DNA of 64,000 nucleotides from a virus (taxonomy: Duplodnaviria > Caudoviricetes): IMG/VR virus record IMGVR_UViG_3300010429_001449. One strand, written 5' to 3'. Both the position numbers and the translations under genes were made by a program. Positions 32,428 through 40,754 of this stretch are shown here, in pieces. The notes beneath the pieces are model-generated. The model saw only the letters and a list, made by a program, of their open reading frames with translations. It was not told the DNA's origin and made no database searches. Within the stretch, counting starts at the first letter, position 1, and each line of letters opens with the position of its first letter.

Positions 32428-33638
32428 TGTCGACTCCTTCTCAGTTCTTCAAGCATTTGCTCCGCCGTGCGCACGCCCCAGTTGTTGGGTGATGTAAAGT
32501 CGAACGCCTCAACAGAGGAACCTAGAACGTCCGCCGCGAGGGTCTCCTTCATCGAGTCCAACATCCATATCGCCGGAAACTTCGCGTTTCTACAAAGCAG
32601 GTGCCGGGCGCAAAGAACATCCCAGTAATCAATCAAGTGCTTCGCAAGGGCGACAGCCTTCTTCTCGTCCCCGCCGCAGAAGGTTAGAACATTCTTCAAC
32701 TGACTGCGCTGCTTGTGAGTCAATGATGCAGCGACGTAAGCGCCGGGGAACTTCTGATGAAACAACATATTGAACGCATCGCCCAACCGCCGCTCCGCGC
32801 AACCTACGCTCTTACGCGGCAACGGAGCAGACGGATTCTCCTCCATCCCTAACAACGCGCCCTTGGCCGCGCTCCCCCTATCCTCTTTCACTCTTTTCCT
32901 CAACGCCTCCGCTGCCGTTTGTTTTGCCCTCTCGCCCGCTGTTTTTGTCTCTGAAACACCTTCAACTGGGGGCGTCCGACGCGCAGCGTCGGCGACCCCC
33001 CAGTTCTGATTCTCTCTTGTTGTCGTTGTACTGTTAATGTTCGGCGAGGGGTCTGTTGTCGTAACTGGTTTACCGGCCTCGCTTAATGCCTCGGTTTTTT
33101 CGGAGGATGAGGTCAGGTTTGACCTCATCCCAGGGGGGATCATGTCAGATTTGAGATCACCCATCAGGTCAGGTTTGACCTCATCCCCCCCTCCAGTAGG
33201 GGGGATCAGGTCAGATTTGACCTCATCCCCCTCCGAGGGTGTTTTGAGGTCTTCTTTCGGAGGTCTGTTGTCGCCCCAAGCACGTCTTTCGACCTCGTCG
33301 GTCCAAGCGGCGTCGTATGGGTCTTCCTGCGCGAAGGAGTAGACGTTGCGGCGTCCGGAGGACGTTGCTTCAACGCCTACCACCAACAGCTTCTTCTCGA
33401 CAAGCTCCGCCAGAGTTCTTCTCACCGTGCTGACACTCCAACCCATATCGGATGCGATTGCTTCTTGTGTCTGCCAGCAGCGGCCCCGCCCGTGCAGGCG
33501 GTGCATCATAAACGTGTGTAACCGAGCGGCCTTGTCGGAAAGGTTCGGATCAAGCAGAACCTTCATCGAAGCCAACGCCCAAAACTGCATCACGCCCGCG
33601 CCGGGCGTAGGGACAGCACTAGCCATTTCAGCCTCCAA
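32424..33638 (-). CDS. Phage replication initiator (N-terminal wHTH, lambda O-like layout)
   Basis: CWQTQEAIASDMGWSVSTVRRTLAELVEKKLL...RNVY; internal DNA repeats; upstream of DnaC-like gene. Confidence 0.8.
   Translation of the reverse strand: MEAEMASAVPTPGAGVMQFWALASMKVLLDPNLSDKAARLHTFMMHRLHGRGRCWQTQEAIASDMGWSVSTVRRTLAELVEKKLLVVGVEATSSGRRNVYSFAQEDPYDAAWTDEVERRAWGDNRPPKEDLKTPSEGDEVKSDLIPPTGGGDEVKPDLMGDLKSDMIPPGMRSNLTSSSEKTEALSEAGKPVTTTDPSPNINSTTTTRENQNWGVADAARRTPPVEGVSETKTAGERAKQTAAEALRKRVKEDRGSAAKGALLGMEENPSAPLPRKSVGCAERRLGDAFNMLFHQKFPGAYVAASLTHKQRSQLKNVLTFCGGDEKKAVALAKHLIDYWDVLCARHLLCRNAKFPAIWMLDSMKETLAADVLGSSVEAFDFTSPNNWGVRTAEQMLEELRRSRQ
33105..33228. repeat. Four palindromic iterons, putative replication origin
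   Basis: GGATSAGGTCAGRTTTGACCTCATCC-like units at about 33105, 33137, 33161 and 33203. Confidence 0.8.
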
Positions 33639-33646
33639 CAGCCCCG

Positions 33647-33714
33647 CTGAGCAAAAAATTATGCTTAAAAGGGTGTAAAGTTTCGCACGGTTTTAAGCAT
33701 AATTTTTTGCTCAG
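33647..33714. repeat. AT-rich perfect 24-bp inverted repeat with 20-nt spacer
   Basis: CTGAGCAAAAAATTATGCTTAAAA / TTTTAAGCATAATTTTTTGCTCAG. Confidence 0.9.
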
Positions 33715-34079
33715 GACTTTCCCGGTCCTTGTTCGGGGCCTGTTTCGTTTTCGATCTCGATGTCTTTGAATCGGTCTGGCGTGTGGTTTGGGCAGACGCC
33801 TACGATTCGAGGGAATAGCGAGCCGGTAGCACTAACGAGCATTACAGACGGTTCGCCGCAGATGAAGCAGAACCGCTTGAACAAATCTTCCGTAAGTGGG
33901 CCTTCGTAAAAGGGGAATGACCCGCCGCGATAGGGGTCTGCGCAGTCATTTCTGCCGCAGCCGGGGCAATCGTTTGGTTGTTTTGCGTAGACGCGGGCGA
34001 GCTTCAGGCACATTGAACACACCCACATAGGGTTATTCTTGAAGTCTGGTACTGGAAGCGAGAAGTATTCGTCGTTCAT
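33711..34079 (-). CDS. Cys-rich Zn-finger protein
   Basis: CSMC, CPGC, CFICG, CPNH. Confidence 0.7.
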   Translation of the reverse strand: MNDEYFSLPVPDFKNNPMWVCSMCLKLARVYAKQPNDCPGCGRNDCADPYRGGSFPFYEGPLTEDLFKRFCFICGEPSVMLVSATGSLFPRIVGVCPNHTPDRFKDIEIENETGPEQGPGKS

Positions 34080-34080
34080 T

Positions 34081-34677
34081 TCAGCCTTTGTAGTCGCGCC
34101 ACAACTCGCCGTTTCGTGTCGCTTCGACGACTCTTACCGCAGCGCGTAAGTCGCGCAGGACGTACTCTTTGCGGATTTCGGGGTGGGGGCGGAAGAAGGA
34201 GGCGGGATGCCACGTAATGATTGCCGGGATGACCAGACTCGGCGTGATGAAGGCGCGAAACACATCGCCGTGCGCCTTATCCAGAGTCCCGTACTTCTTC
34301 CGGCCTACCAAACAGTGTGCGGCAATCGCGCCAAGACACACGATGACTTTCGGTTTGATCGTTTTGAGTTCGCGCATCAGGAACCCGCTGCACGCGCCTA
34401 TCTCGCCCGCCAGCGGAGTTCGGTTGTCTGTTGGTCGGCAGCGACAGACATTCGTGATGTACACATCGCTTCGAGTTATCTTTGCCTTTCGCAGGAACTC
34501 GTCGAGCAGATAACCGGCCTTGCCGACGAACGGTTTTCCTTGTTCCACTTCGTGTTCGCCCGGCGCTTCTCCCACCAGCACTATTTCTGCGGAAGTGTTT
34601 CCGTCACCAGGCACTTTCCTCAGAACTTCGCGGTGGAGCGAGCACCGTTGGCAGGCTTGCAATTCGGTATCAAACAT
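34081..34677 (-). CDS. udg: Uracil-DNA glycosylase, family 4 (Fe-S)
   Basis: CQRCSL, VGEAPG..E...GKPFVGKAG, TNVCRCRP..NRTP, WHPA. Confidence 0.93.
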   Translation of the reverse strand: MFDTELQACQRCSLHREVLRKVPGDGNTSAEIVLVGEAPGEHEVEQGKPFVGKAGYLLDEFLRKAKITRSDVYITNVCRCRPTDNRTPLAGEIGACSGFLMRELKTIKPKVIVCLGAIAAHCLVGRKKYGTLDKAHGDVFRAFITPSLVIPAIITWHPASFFRPHPEIRKEYVLRDLRAAVRVVEATRNGELWRDYKG

Positions 34678-34680
34678 GAT

Positions 34681-35121
34681 TCAGTTCGTTAACGGATCGG
34701 TAACAATCCGCGATAAGACCGTGGGTAGTATTTCATCCAGTTGATCGCGGTCGAATGCCACTTCGTGACCAACACAAGGTTCTGGTTCTCGCCGGAGAAT
34801 AGGCCAGAACGACGCCTGCCGCTGTAATCCGCTCTCGATATACATTACGAGCGCGTCGAACTCCTTTTGCGGCGCGTCGGGGTCTGTACACTCTACCGTG
34901 TCCTCAAACACGAAGACCAGCAGCAGTACGCCTTTTTCGCGGCAGAAAGTCCGCAATTGCTCTACGAATTTGTCCTTCGGAAGCATCGGCGGAAACGCCA
35001 TCATATAAGGACTCTCATTGAAGGCGTAGAATTGTGCTGGGGCGCTGCCTTCCTGCATAAACGTATCGAGCAGGGTCTTTTTTACGGCCTCTGCGCAGCG
35101 TTTCATAAGGTTCACGGACAT
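34681..35121 (-). CDS. Hypothetical protein
   Basis: GGGAG RBS downstream of a TATACT promoter. Confidence 0.7.
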   Translation of the reverse strand: MSVNLMKRCAEAVKKTLLDTFMQEGSAPAQFYAFNESPYMMAFPPMLPKDKFVEQLRTFCREKGVLLLVFVFEDTVECTDPDAPQKEFDALVMYIESGLQRQASFWPILRREPEPCVGHEVAFDRDQLDEILPTVLSRIVTDPLTN

Positions 35122-35147
35122 CGATTTCTCCCGGCGAAACCTCACTT

Positions 35148-35175
35148 AGTATAATCGCAGGGCGTCAAATGTCAA
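35148..35175 (-). promoter_or_regulatory. Promoter of replication operon (TATACT class)
   Basis: TTGACA-N16-TATACT. Confidence 0.8.
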
Positions 35176-35178
35176 GGG

Positions 35179-35742
35179 CTACCAACGCAGCCCGATGATA
35201 TGAAAGCCGCAAATCACGCCTCTTTCCTCCATCTCGTAGCCTACGAACGGCCCCATCTCTATACCAAGCAGTGTAGGAAACTCTCGATCCAGTGCTACAA
35301 ATAGTGCTGTCCTGTTCTCGGAGTACGCCAAGCCCGGCGCTAAAGAAAATTTTCCGATTTCTGGAATTTCTACGCGAAAAAACTCGAAAGAGGCTGTTGC
35401 CAGCGCGTCTTGTCGGTGCGTGTACAGCGCCCCGGCGTGCGCTTCCGGAACAACAAGAGAGGCTCCTTCGTCGGAGCCTCTCTCTGTTGCAGGCTCATCC
35501 GCGACCCATCCGGGCGACAGACGCAAGGCAGTCGGAGGCGCGGCATCCTTGCTTGTCTTCTCCCGATGTTCTTGAATGACCCGTTGTTCCTTTGGCGTAA
35601 GCAGATGTACTTTGCGATTGCCGATGCAGCCGCTAAGGAGCAGGGGCAGCAGGGGCAGCAGGAGCATCGCCACCGGCGGGAGCCGCAGGCTCAGCGGGCG
35701 CACTGGGCGTCGTATCCGCTGTAGAGTGTGTAGCTTCATCAT
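35179..35742 (-). CDS. Putative lipoprotein (spanin-like position)
   Basis: Basic N-region, LLLPLLPLLLSG-C lipobox, C-terminal amphipathic beta strands ending in W. Confidence 0.7.
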   Translation of the reverse strand: MMKLHTLQRIRRPVRPLSLRLPPVAMLLLPLLPLLLSGCIGNRKVHLLTPKEQRVIQEHREKTSKDAAPPTALRLSPGWVADEPATERGSDEGASLVVPEAHAGALYTHRQDALATASFEFFRVEIPEIGKFSLAPGLAYSENRTALFVALDREFPTLLGIEMGPFVGYEMEERGVICGFHIIGLRW

Positions 35743-36061
35743 CGGGGGTTCCGTTGTTGTGTGAAACGTCCACCAAGGCCGCTGCGGCGGGCCAGAAGCG
35801 ACGCAGAAGGGCCTTAATGACCTGATCCACCACCGCTATCAATCCGACCGTTGTAGCCCACGACAGAGCCTCTGAGAAGGGAATCTTCTGCCAAGCGGCT
35901 ACCAGACCCACCACGGCTCCGATAGGCAGCTTCGTGATAAGGGTCTTCCACTCGAACTTTTCGAGAGGCGTATTCTTGACGTAGCCGATCAAAACGAGGA
36001 TTACGCCAGACATTACGCCCTGCAACAGACTGAGAAGGAGTTGTTGAGTTTCCGGACTCAT
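35633..36061 (-). CDS. Putative holin
   Basis: Three hydrophobic segments then basic LLRRF; AGGAGG RBS; ATGA coupling to the protease. Confidence 0.65.
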   Translation of the reverse strand: MSPETQQLLLSLLQGVMSGVILVLIGYVKNTPLEKFEWKTLITKLPIGAVVGLVAAWQKIPFSEALSWATTVGLIAVVDQVIKALLRRFWPAAAALVDVSHNNGTPDDEATHSTADTTPSAPAEPAAPAGGDAPAAPAAPAP

Positions 36062-36951
36062 GGTCGTGGACCTCCTAGTATTGCGGTTGTTTCCAGACCG
36101 GGCGCGGCCAGCAGAAGCGGGTCTTGCCCGTAGTTAATCTTGAGCGTGTCTGCCGTCTCTTTGACGATCAAGCCTGTCGGCAGCGTGCCGTTGTTGATTT
36201 GCTGGAGCATTATGTAAGAGAAAGCGCCCCGGTAAACGCCGCCCATCTTTGTCTCGGCGGCGGTTTGGTTGTCTTGGCACGCGGCGATGCTGATGACGTT
36301 CTTGCGTTCCTGCCGAAGGGTTGTGCCGAGGCGGTGAATCGGGAGCGTTTTGCCTTCCGCACGCACTTGGATGTCGAACGGCGGGGCCAAGAAACGAGAC
36401 AGGCGTTCCGGTTCTTCTGCGGGCTGACCCGCCGGGTCGTTGCGCGTTAAAGTTCCGGAATGGCAGCAGTCGAAGATCATCCAGGCGAACGCTTCGGGAT
36501 GCAGCTTCTCCAAGCACTCGGCGATTTCGTCGTCCAGAAGGGCGTAATCCCACGACATGTCAACCGGGCAGATACACTCGTCAAGACGGTCTTCCAGTTC
36601 GTCTCCGTCGCGGTCGCGCAGACGAGAGCCGTGCCCAGAGTAAACGAACGCGATCTCGTCGCCCTTCTTAGTGCCCTCGCACAACCAACGCAAGCGAGTA
36701 AGGATGTTTTCCTTCGTTGCCCGCTCGTTGAGCAGCACCCTTGTGTCGTAGTCGAACTTTTTGGTCAGCGTAGACCACCACTCTTTTGAGTCGTTGACAC
36801 ACCCCCGGAGGGCGTTCCCTCCAGGATAGGCGTCAATCCCAACTACAAGCGCCTTTCGCGTTCCTGCAAACCGAAAATCAGGAGGAGCGTCTTTTGCGGA
36901 CTCGGGCGATTTGGCGCGGTTGGTTCCAAACAGTCTGGCGAACAATCCCAT
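36058..36951 (-). CDS. Caspase-family (peptidase C14, metacaspase-like) protease
   Basis: KALVVGIDAY, LRGCVND, YSGHGS (His), FDCCHSG (Cys), AACQDNQTA.E, GAFS. Confidence 0.93.
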   Translation of the reverse strand: MGLFARLFGTNRAKSPESAKDAPPDFRFAGTRKALVVGIDAYPGGNALRGCVNDSKEWWSTLTKKFDYDTRVLLNERATKENILTRLRWLCEGTKKGDEIAFVYSGHGSRLRDRDGDELEDRLDECICPVDMSWDYALLDDEIAECLEKLHPEAFAWMIFDCCHSGTLTRNDPAGQPAEEPERLSRFLAPPFDIQVRAEGKTLPIHRLGTTLRQERKNVISIAACQDNQTAAETKMGGVYRGAFSYIMLQQINNGTLPTGLIVKETADTLKINYGQDPLLLAAPGLETTAILGGPRP

Positions 36952-37038
36952 TGATCATGATCCTCCACAAACAGTAATGCGGCGGACATCGCCGCGATCT
37001 GCCGACATTATAGCACAAAACAGCCCAGAAGTGTTGTG

Positions 37039-38757
37039 CTAGTTTAGTCCTGTGATGCGCTCTATGTGAGTAAGCGGATCATCGTAACCATCGCAAAACA
37101 CCACTAGAGGATAGGGCACGGTAATATCAGAGTTAAGATCGCCCGTTTTCTGTAATCCTATTGTGATTCGGCGGTCGGAGAGTATGGTGTCGTTGCCCGC
37201 CGTAATCGGAGCTTCAAACGTGTATGTACGGATAGTTTCTCGGTTGTACGTATTATCGAGTTCTTCCCGGATGGCGTGATTCAAGAAAGCGCGGCCAAAA
37301 CTTCCTTGCGGAACGATTGTCCACGCGCTTCTGAAAATGTTGGACCACAGAACCAGACTTGATCTCGCCGACAACATCGAGCGGAATCGCCCCACTGTAT
37401 GAAAGAAGTCTGAGTTCAGACCAACCACTATCCGCCAAAACGGAGGAATAACAGGGTTTAGGTTGACGGGTACAAGTTTTGACCGCGACGCTCCTAGCGA
37501 AAACGCAAAGTCGGACCACGCAAGATAAGGGTACGGCGTTCCGGGAGGCGGCGTGAGAGCAACGCACGCGCACATCGTGTCCGGCGGGCCTTCTGGAAAC
37601 GTAGACCAATTGCCGAAAGTGGCCTCGTCTATAAGAGAAGGCACGGTTGAACTGGACCAATCGGGATCGCCCGAGTACATGACCTTGGTCCCTACTTGGT
37701 AGAAGGGGCGGATGACGTAGGTGGTTCCTCCATCAATCCGCTTTACGTAAACGCAACCTACGCGCCTGCGGTATGTGTATGTGCCGGGCGGAAGGAACGC
37801 ATCGCCGTTAGCCTTCTTAAGATAGCCGTACAGCGTAGATGTTTCTTGACCCGGAAGCAAGCTGCCGTCGGCCAACAGATAAATCCAGTACCATCCCGTG
37901 GGCGACGACGGGCAATCCTGTCTACCATTAACGCCGATCACGCTCGGATTTATGGTCACAACGTTTGTCGCGTTGAAGATCACACTTCCCGTTCCGTCAA
38001 CGCAGACCGTGCCCGGCATGATTCGGATCAAGTTGTCGCTCGACTCGCCGAACATCGTAACATTGGCCACGGCTCTCTGGATTGCTGTAGCCGTAGAAAC
38101 GGTGTTGATGGTTTTGTACAGCGGGTCAGAAACCTTGTTGATGCCCTGCGGATATACGCCTCTCACGAAAACGGCGTCATCAACACTGAAGTTGATTGTT
38201 TCCGCGCCGGTAGAACGGGCTATGACCGCTCCGAAGACCTGCCCTTCGCCGCCGTCCGTCAAGCTATCACGAATTTCTTTGGTGACGCTCATCAGCTTCC
38301 AGTCGCCGGAAGCGTCTTCCAACCAACGACCGTCGCTCCACGGAGGCGAGTAAGCAACATCGTTGCCGCCCGAGTCGTGGTCCTGCAGCATCAGATGAAC
38401 TTTGCCTTGATCAGCGACGTTTGTAACCTTCACCCACGCGGAGAACGAGGCGTACTCTGTCTGAACTTCTTTCCACTGAGGATCACCCAACACCGTCTTA
38501 AGACCGCCTTGTTGCCCTGCGCCGCCGGTAGTCACGGCAACGTCGGCTACTGTCCCGCTGCTGTATCTGGCTGCTCCGCCGCCGCTGTTCTGTGTGACTA
38601 TTACGCCAGTAGCGGTGCCAGGATAGATAAGCCAATCCACAGGCAGTCCCAACGCCCACGCCTCTACGCCGCCGTTGTTTATGAGCGACTCCGGATAAAC
38701 TTCCCGGATTCTGGCTCCGTAGGCCCGTTCTAGTTTTTGCCAGCTTGCTTTATCCAT
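37039..38757 (-). CDS. Tail fibre / receptor-binding protein with carbohydrate-binding-like domain
   Basis: LINNGG.EAW..P.DW N-domain; WYWIYL..RRRVG fibre segment; end of tail module. Confidence 0.65.
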   Translation of the reverse strand: MDKASWQKLERAYGARIREVYPESLINNGGVEAWALGLPVDWLIYPGTATGVIVTQNSGGGAARYSSGTVADVAVTTGGAGQQGGLKTVLGDPQWKEVQTEYASFSAWVKVTNVADQGKVHLMLQDHDSGGNDVAYSPPWSDGRWLEDASGDWKLMSVTKEIRDSLTDGGEGQVFGAVIARSTGAETINFSVDDAVFVRGVYPQGINKVSDPLYKTINTVSTATAIQRAVANVTMFGESSDNLIRIMPGTVCVDGTGSVIFNATNVVTINPSVIGVNGRQDCPSSPTGWYWIYLLADGSLLPGQETSTLYGYLKKANGDAFLPPGTYTYRRRVGCVYVKRIDGGTTYVIRPFYQVGTKVMYSGDPDWSSSTVPSLIDEATFGNWSTFPEGPPDTMCACVALTPPPGTPYPYLAWSDFAFSLGASRSKLVPVNLNPVIPPFWRIVVGLNSDFFHTVGRFRSMLSARSSLVLWSNIFRSAWTIVPQGSFGRAFLNHAIREELDNTYNRETIRTYTFEAPITAGNDTILSDRRITIGLQKTGDLNSDITVPYPLVVFCDGYDDPLTHIERITGLN

Positions 38758-38766
38758 CGTTTTTTC

Positions 38767-39501
38767 CTAAACCTGAACGACGCCTGCGCGAGACGACAGG
38801 CTGTCAACTCCCACAATGTCATTCGCCGCGTTAGGTACCAAGCGTATCACAAGGAAGCAGGTCTTTCCACCTTCGTATGTTCCTGTCAACAGGCTGCGAT
38901 CCAGCGTAACCTCGGTTCTCGTCGGAGAGGTCTGAGGCGCTGTTGCCAGCGTCTGTTTGACGCCGGACGTGTCCCACACTTCCTTGATAGACCACGTTGG
39001 AGTGCCGTTGAACGCCCGAGCATAGAAACGGAAGGCCGACCCCGGAGGGGCGGTAGCGGAACTCTTGAACGTCGAGAAGTTGGCGGGAAGATCGAAAGAA
39101 ACGAGCATCTCTACTGGATCGGTGTTCAGGAACTCTACGGCGAGGTAATTGGCAACGTCGGTCTCGTCGAAATGGTTGTAGCGAGAGAAGGACGCGCCGG
39201 GATTGCCTCGGACTTCTACGCGCCCGACAACGTCGGTGTCCTCGATCTCCGTGATTGTGCTGGTGGCCTGCTTCATCGAGACGTAGGCTTGGTATGTTCC
39301 CGAAGTTGTCTCTTGCCCGTCGATGATGACTTGAGCACTTCCTTCGTTGATTTTGGTCTGGAGTTGCGCAGAGGTGTTGATCGTCCGGGACGACATCTTA
39401 TCGGTGATATCCGTATCACTTCCGGCGGGGAAAGTAATGGATGTTCCCCAGTCGTCTATCGTGAACGGACTCGTCGACAGATTTCTAATGACGTTACCCA
39501 T
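38767..39501 (-). CDS. Putative virion structural protein
   Basis: Thr/Ser-rich beta protein in tail operon. Confidence 0.6.
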   Translation of the reverse strand: MGNVIRNLSTSPFTIDDWGTSITFPAGSDTDITDKMSSRTINTSAQLQTKINEGSAQVIIDGQETTSGTYQAYVSMKQATSTITEIEDTDVVGRVEVRGNPGASFSRYNHFDETDVANYLAVEFLNTDPVEMLVSFDLPANFSTFKSSATAPPGSAFRFYARAFNGTPTWSIKEVWDTSGVKQTLATAPQTSPTRTEVTLDRSLLTGTYEGGKTCFLVIRLVPNAANDIVGVDSLSSRAGVVQV

Positions 39502-40751
39502 TAGAGGATGACCGGTCTCCCGATGTTAACCTCAAGGTCTTGTTGAGTGGCCGCGAAGCCCACTCTCTGGAGCCAGACTGTTCCCGGCGGCCAGAAAGGC
39601 GCACCCCACAACAGCGCGGAGAACAGAGCGTCGGTGTAGTAAATCGGCGGGGGCGGAGGCGGCCCCGGAAGATAGACGGCGTTTACGGAAGAAAACTGAA
39701 AGATCATGCCTGGAACAGGGCAGAGGCCGGGGTAAGGCGGCGGGAGTATTCCTGCGGCGTAAACAGCCTCGCCGGGATTCATAGGCGCTGGGCCGCCCGG
39801 TCCCGGAAATTTGTAGTAAAGGTCGCCCGCCCAGTTGGGGTTGGTGATCAGACCCTCGAATTGAACTCGCGTCGGGTTGGGAACGGAGGGGCCTAGGATC
39901 GTATCCAGAGCGAAACCAGCTACGGTACCAACTTGTCCGGCAATTCCTATGTCCGCCTGTACAACTCCGACACCTGACTGCGACACCAGATCATAAGCAA
40001 AGACAGGAGCGGCAGTTGCCAAGCTTACGTAGTCTACGCCCGACTGCGTCGTCGGCATCGCCGGATCGTAAGGAACGTAGGTAGGCCCGTCGTGAAAGCG
40101 TCCGGCGACGCAAATACCCTCGTCAACAAGGAACGTCACTAAAGGACCGCCCGGCGGTTGAATCACGGCGATACCGCAGATAACAGGCTGTGTGGGATCA
40201 GGGGCGGCAGGCGATCCGATTCCTAACAGATAGTCTTCATCGATGAAAGCCCACGCCACAAGCTTTTCCCATGTTCCGCTGCCGCTGTGGGGCTGCCCGT
40301 AGGTTTTGTGCCACGCGCCCAAGCTGTCGTACCACCACACGAACGGTTGAACCACGCCGCCGGAGGTAGTATAGACGTAAGCCGAAAACGTTAGCGGCTT
40401 ACCCACGAACTCCGAAGGATTGCGAACGCCCTGCCAAATACCGAGATCGACATTTGGTACCGCCGACGGCGAGCCGACGACATTTACTTGCGCAGCCACT
40501 ACGCCAGACCGCGCCGTTCCAGAGCTTTGAACCTGTACCAAGTTGACGGTAGGCCCTGCTTCCGTATTCGTATCCAGAACAAACCAGTAGTCTGCGCAAG
40601 ACGGGTTATTGGCGTGCGGCGTCAAAAGCGGTGGGAACGGGCCGGGTCCGGCAAGCCACGTCTCGTATCCGCCGTTAAAAACCAGCGTTTGCGGAAAGAA
40701 ATCCGCCGACATCATCTGGTTCTGGTGAAGTTTGCTTCTGTCAAGAGCCAT
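39501..40751 (-). CDS. Tail fibre-associated protein with CBM-like domain
   Basis: LVFNGGYETW, LTFSAYV..HSGSGTWEKL; N-terminus resembles 37039..38757. Confidence 0.6.
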   Translation of the reverse strand: MALDRSKLHQNQMMSADFFPQTLVFNGGYETWLAGPGPFPPLLTPHANNPSCADYWFVLDTNTEAGPTVNLVQVQSSGTARSGVVAAQVNVVGSPSAVPNVDLGIWQGVRNPSEFVGKPLTFSAYVYTTSGGVVQPFVWWYDSLGAWHKTYGQPHSGSGTWEKLVAWAFIDEDYLLGIGSPAAPDPTQPVICGIAVIQPPGGPLVTFLVDEGICVAGRFHDGPTYVPYDPAMPTTQSGVDYVSLATAAPVFAYDLVSQSGVGVVQADIGIAGQVGTVAGFALDTILGPSVPNPTRVQFEGLITNPNWAGDLYYKFPGPGGPAPMNPGEAVYAAGILPPPYPGLCPVPGMIFQFSSVNAVYLPGPPPPPPIYYTDALFSALLWGAPFWPPGTVWLQRVGFAATQQDLEVNIGRPVIL

Positions 40752-40754
40752 CTA

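Noticed and set aside
33647-33714. Protelomerase (telRL) site
   Set aside because: Such sites are continuous palindromes; this one has a 20-nt non-palindromic spacer and no protelomerase gene is visible.
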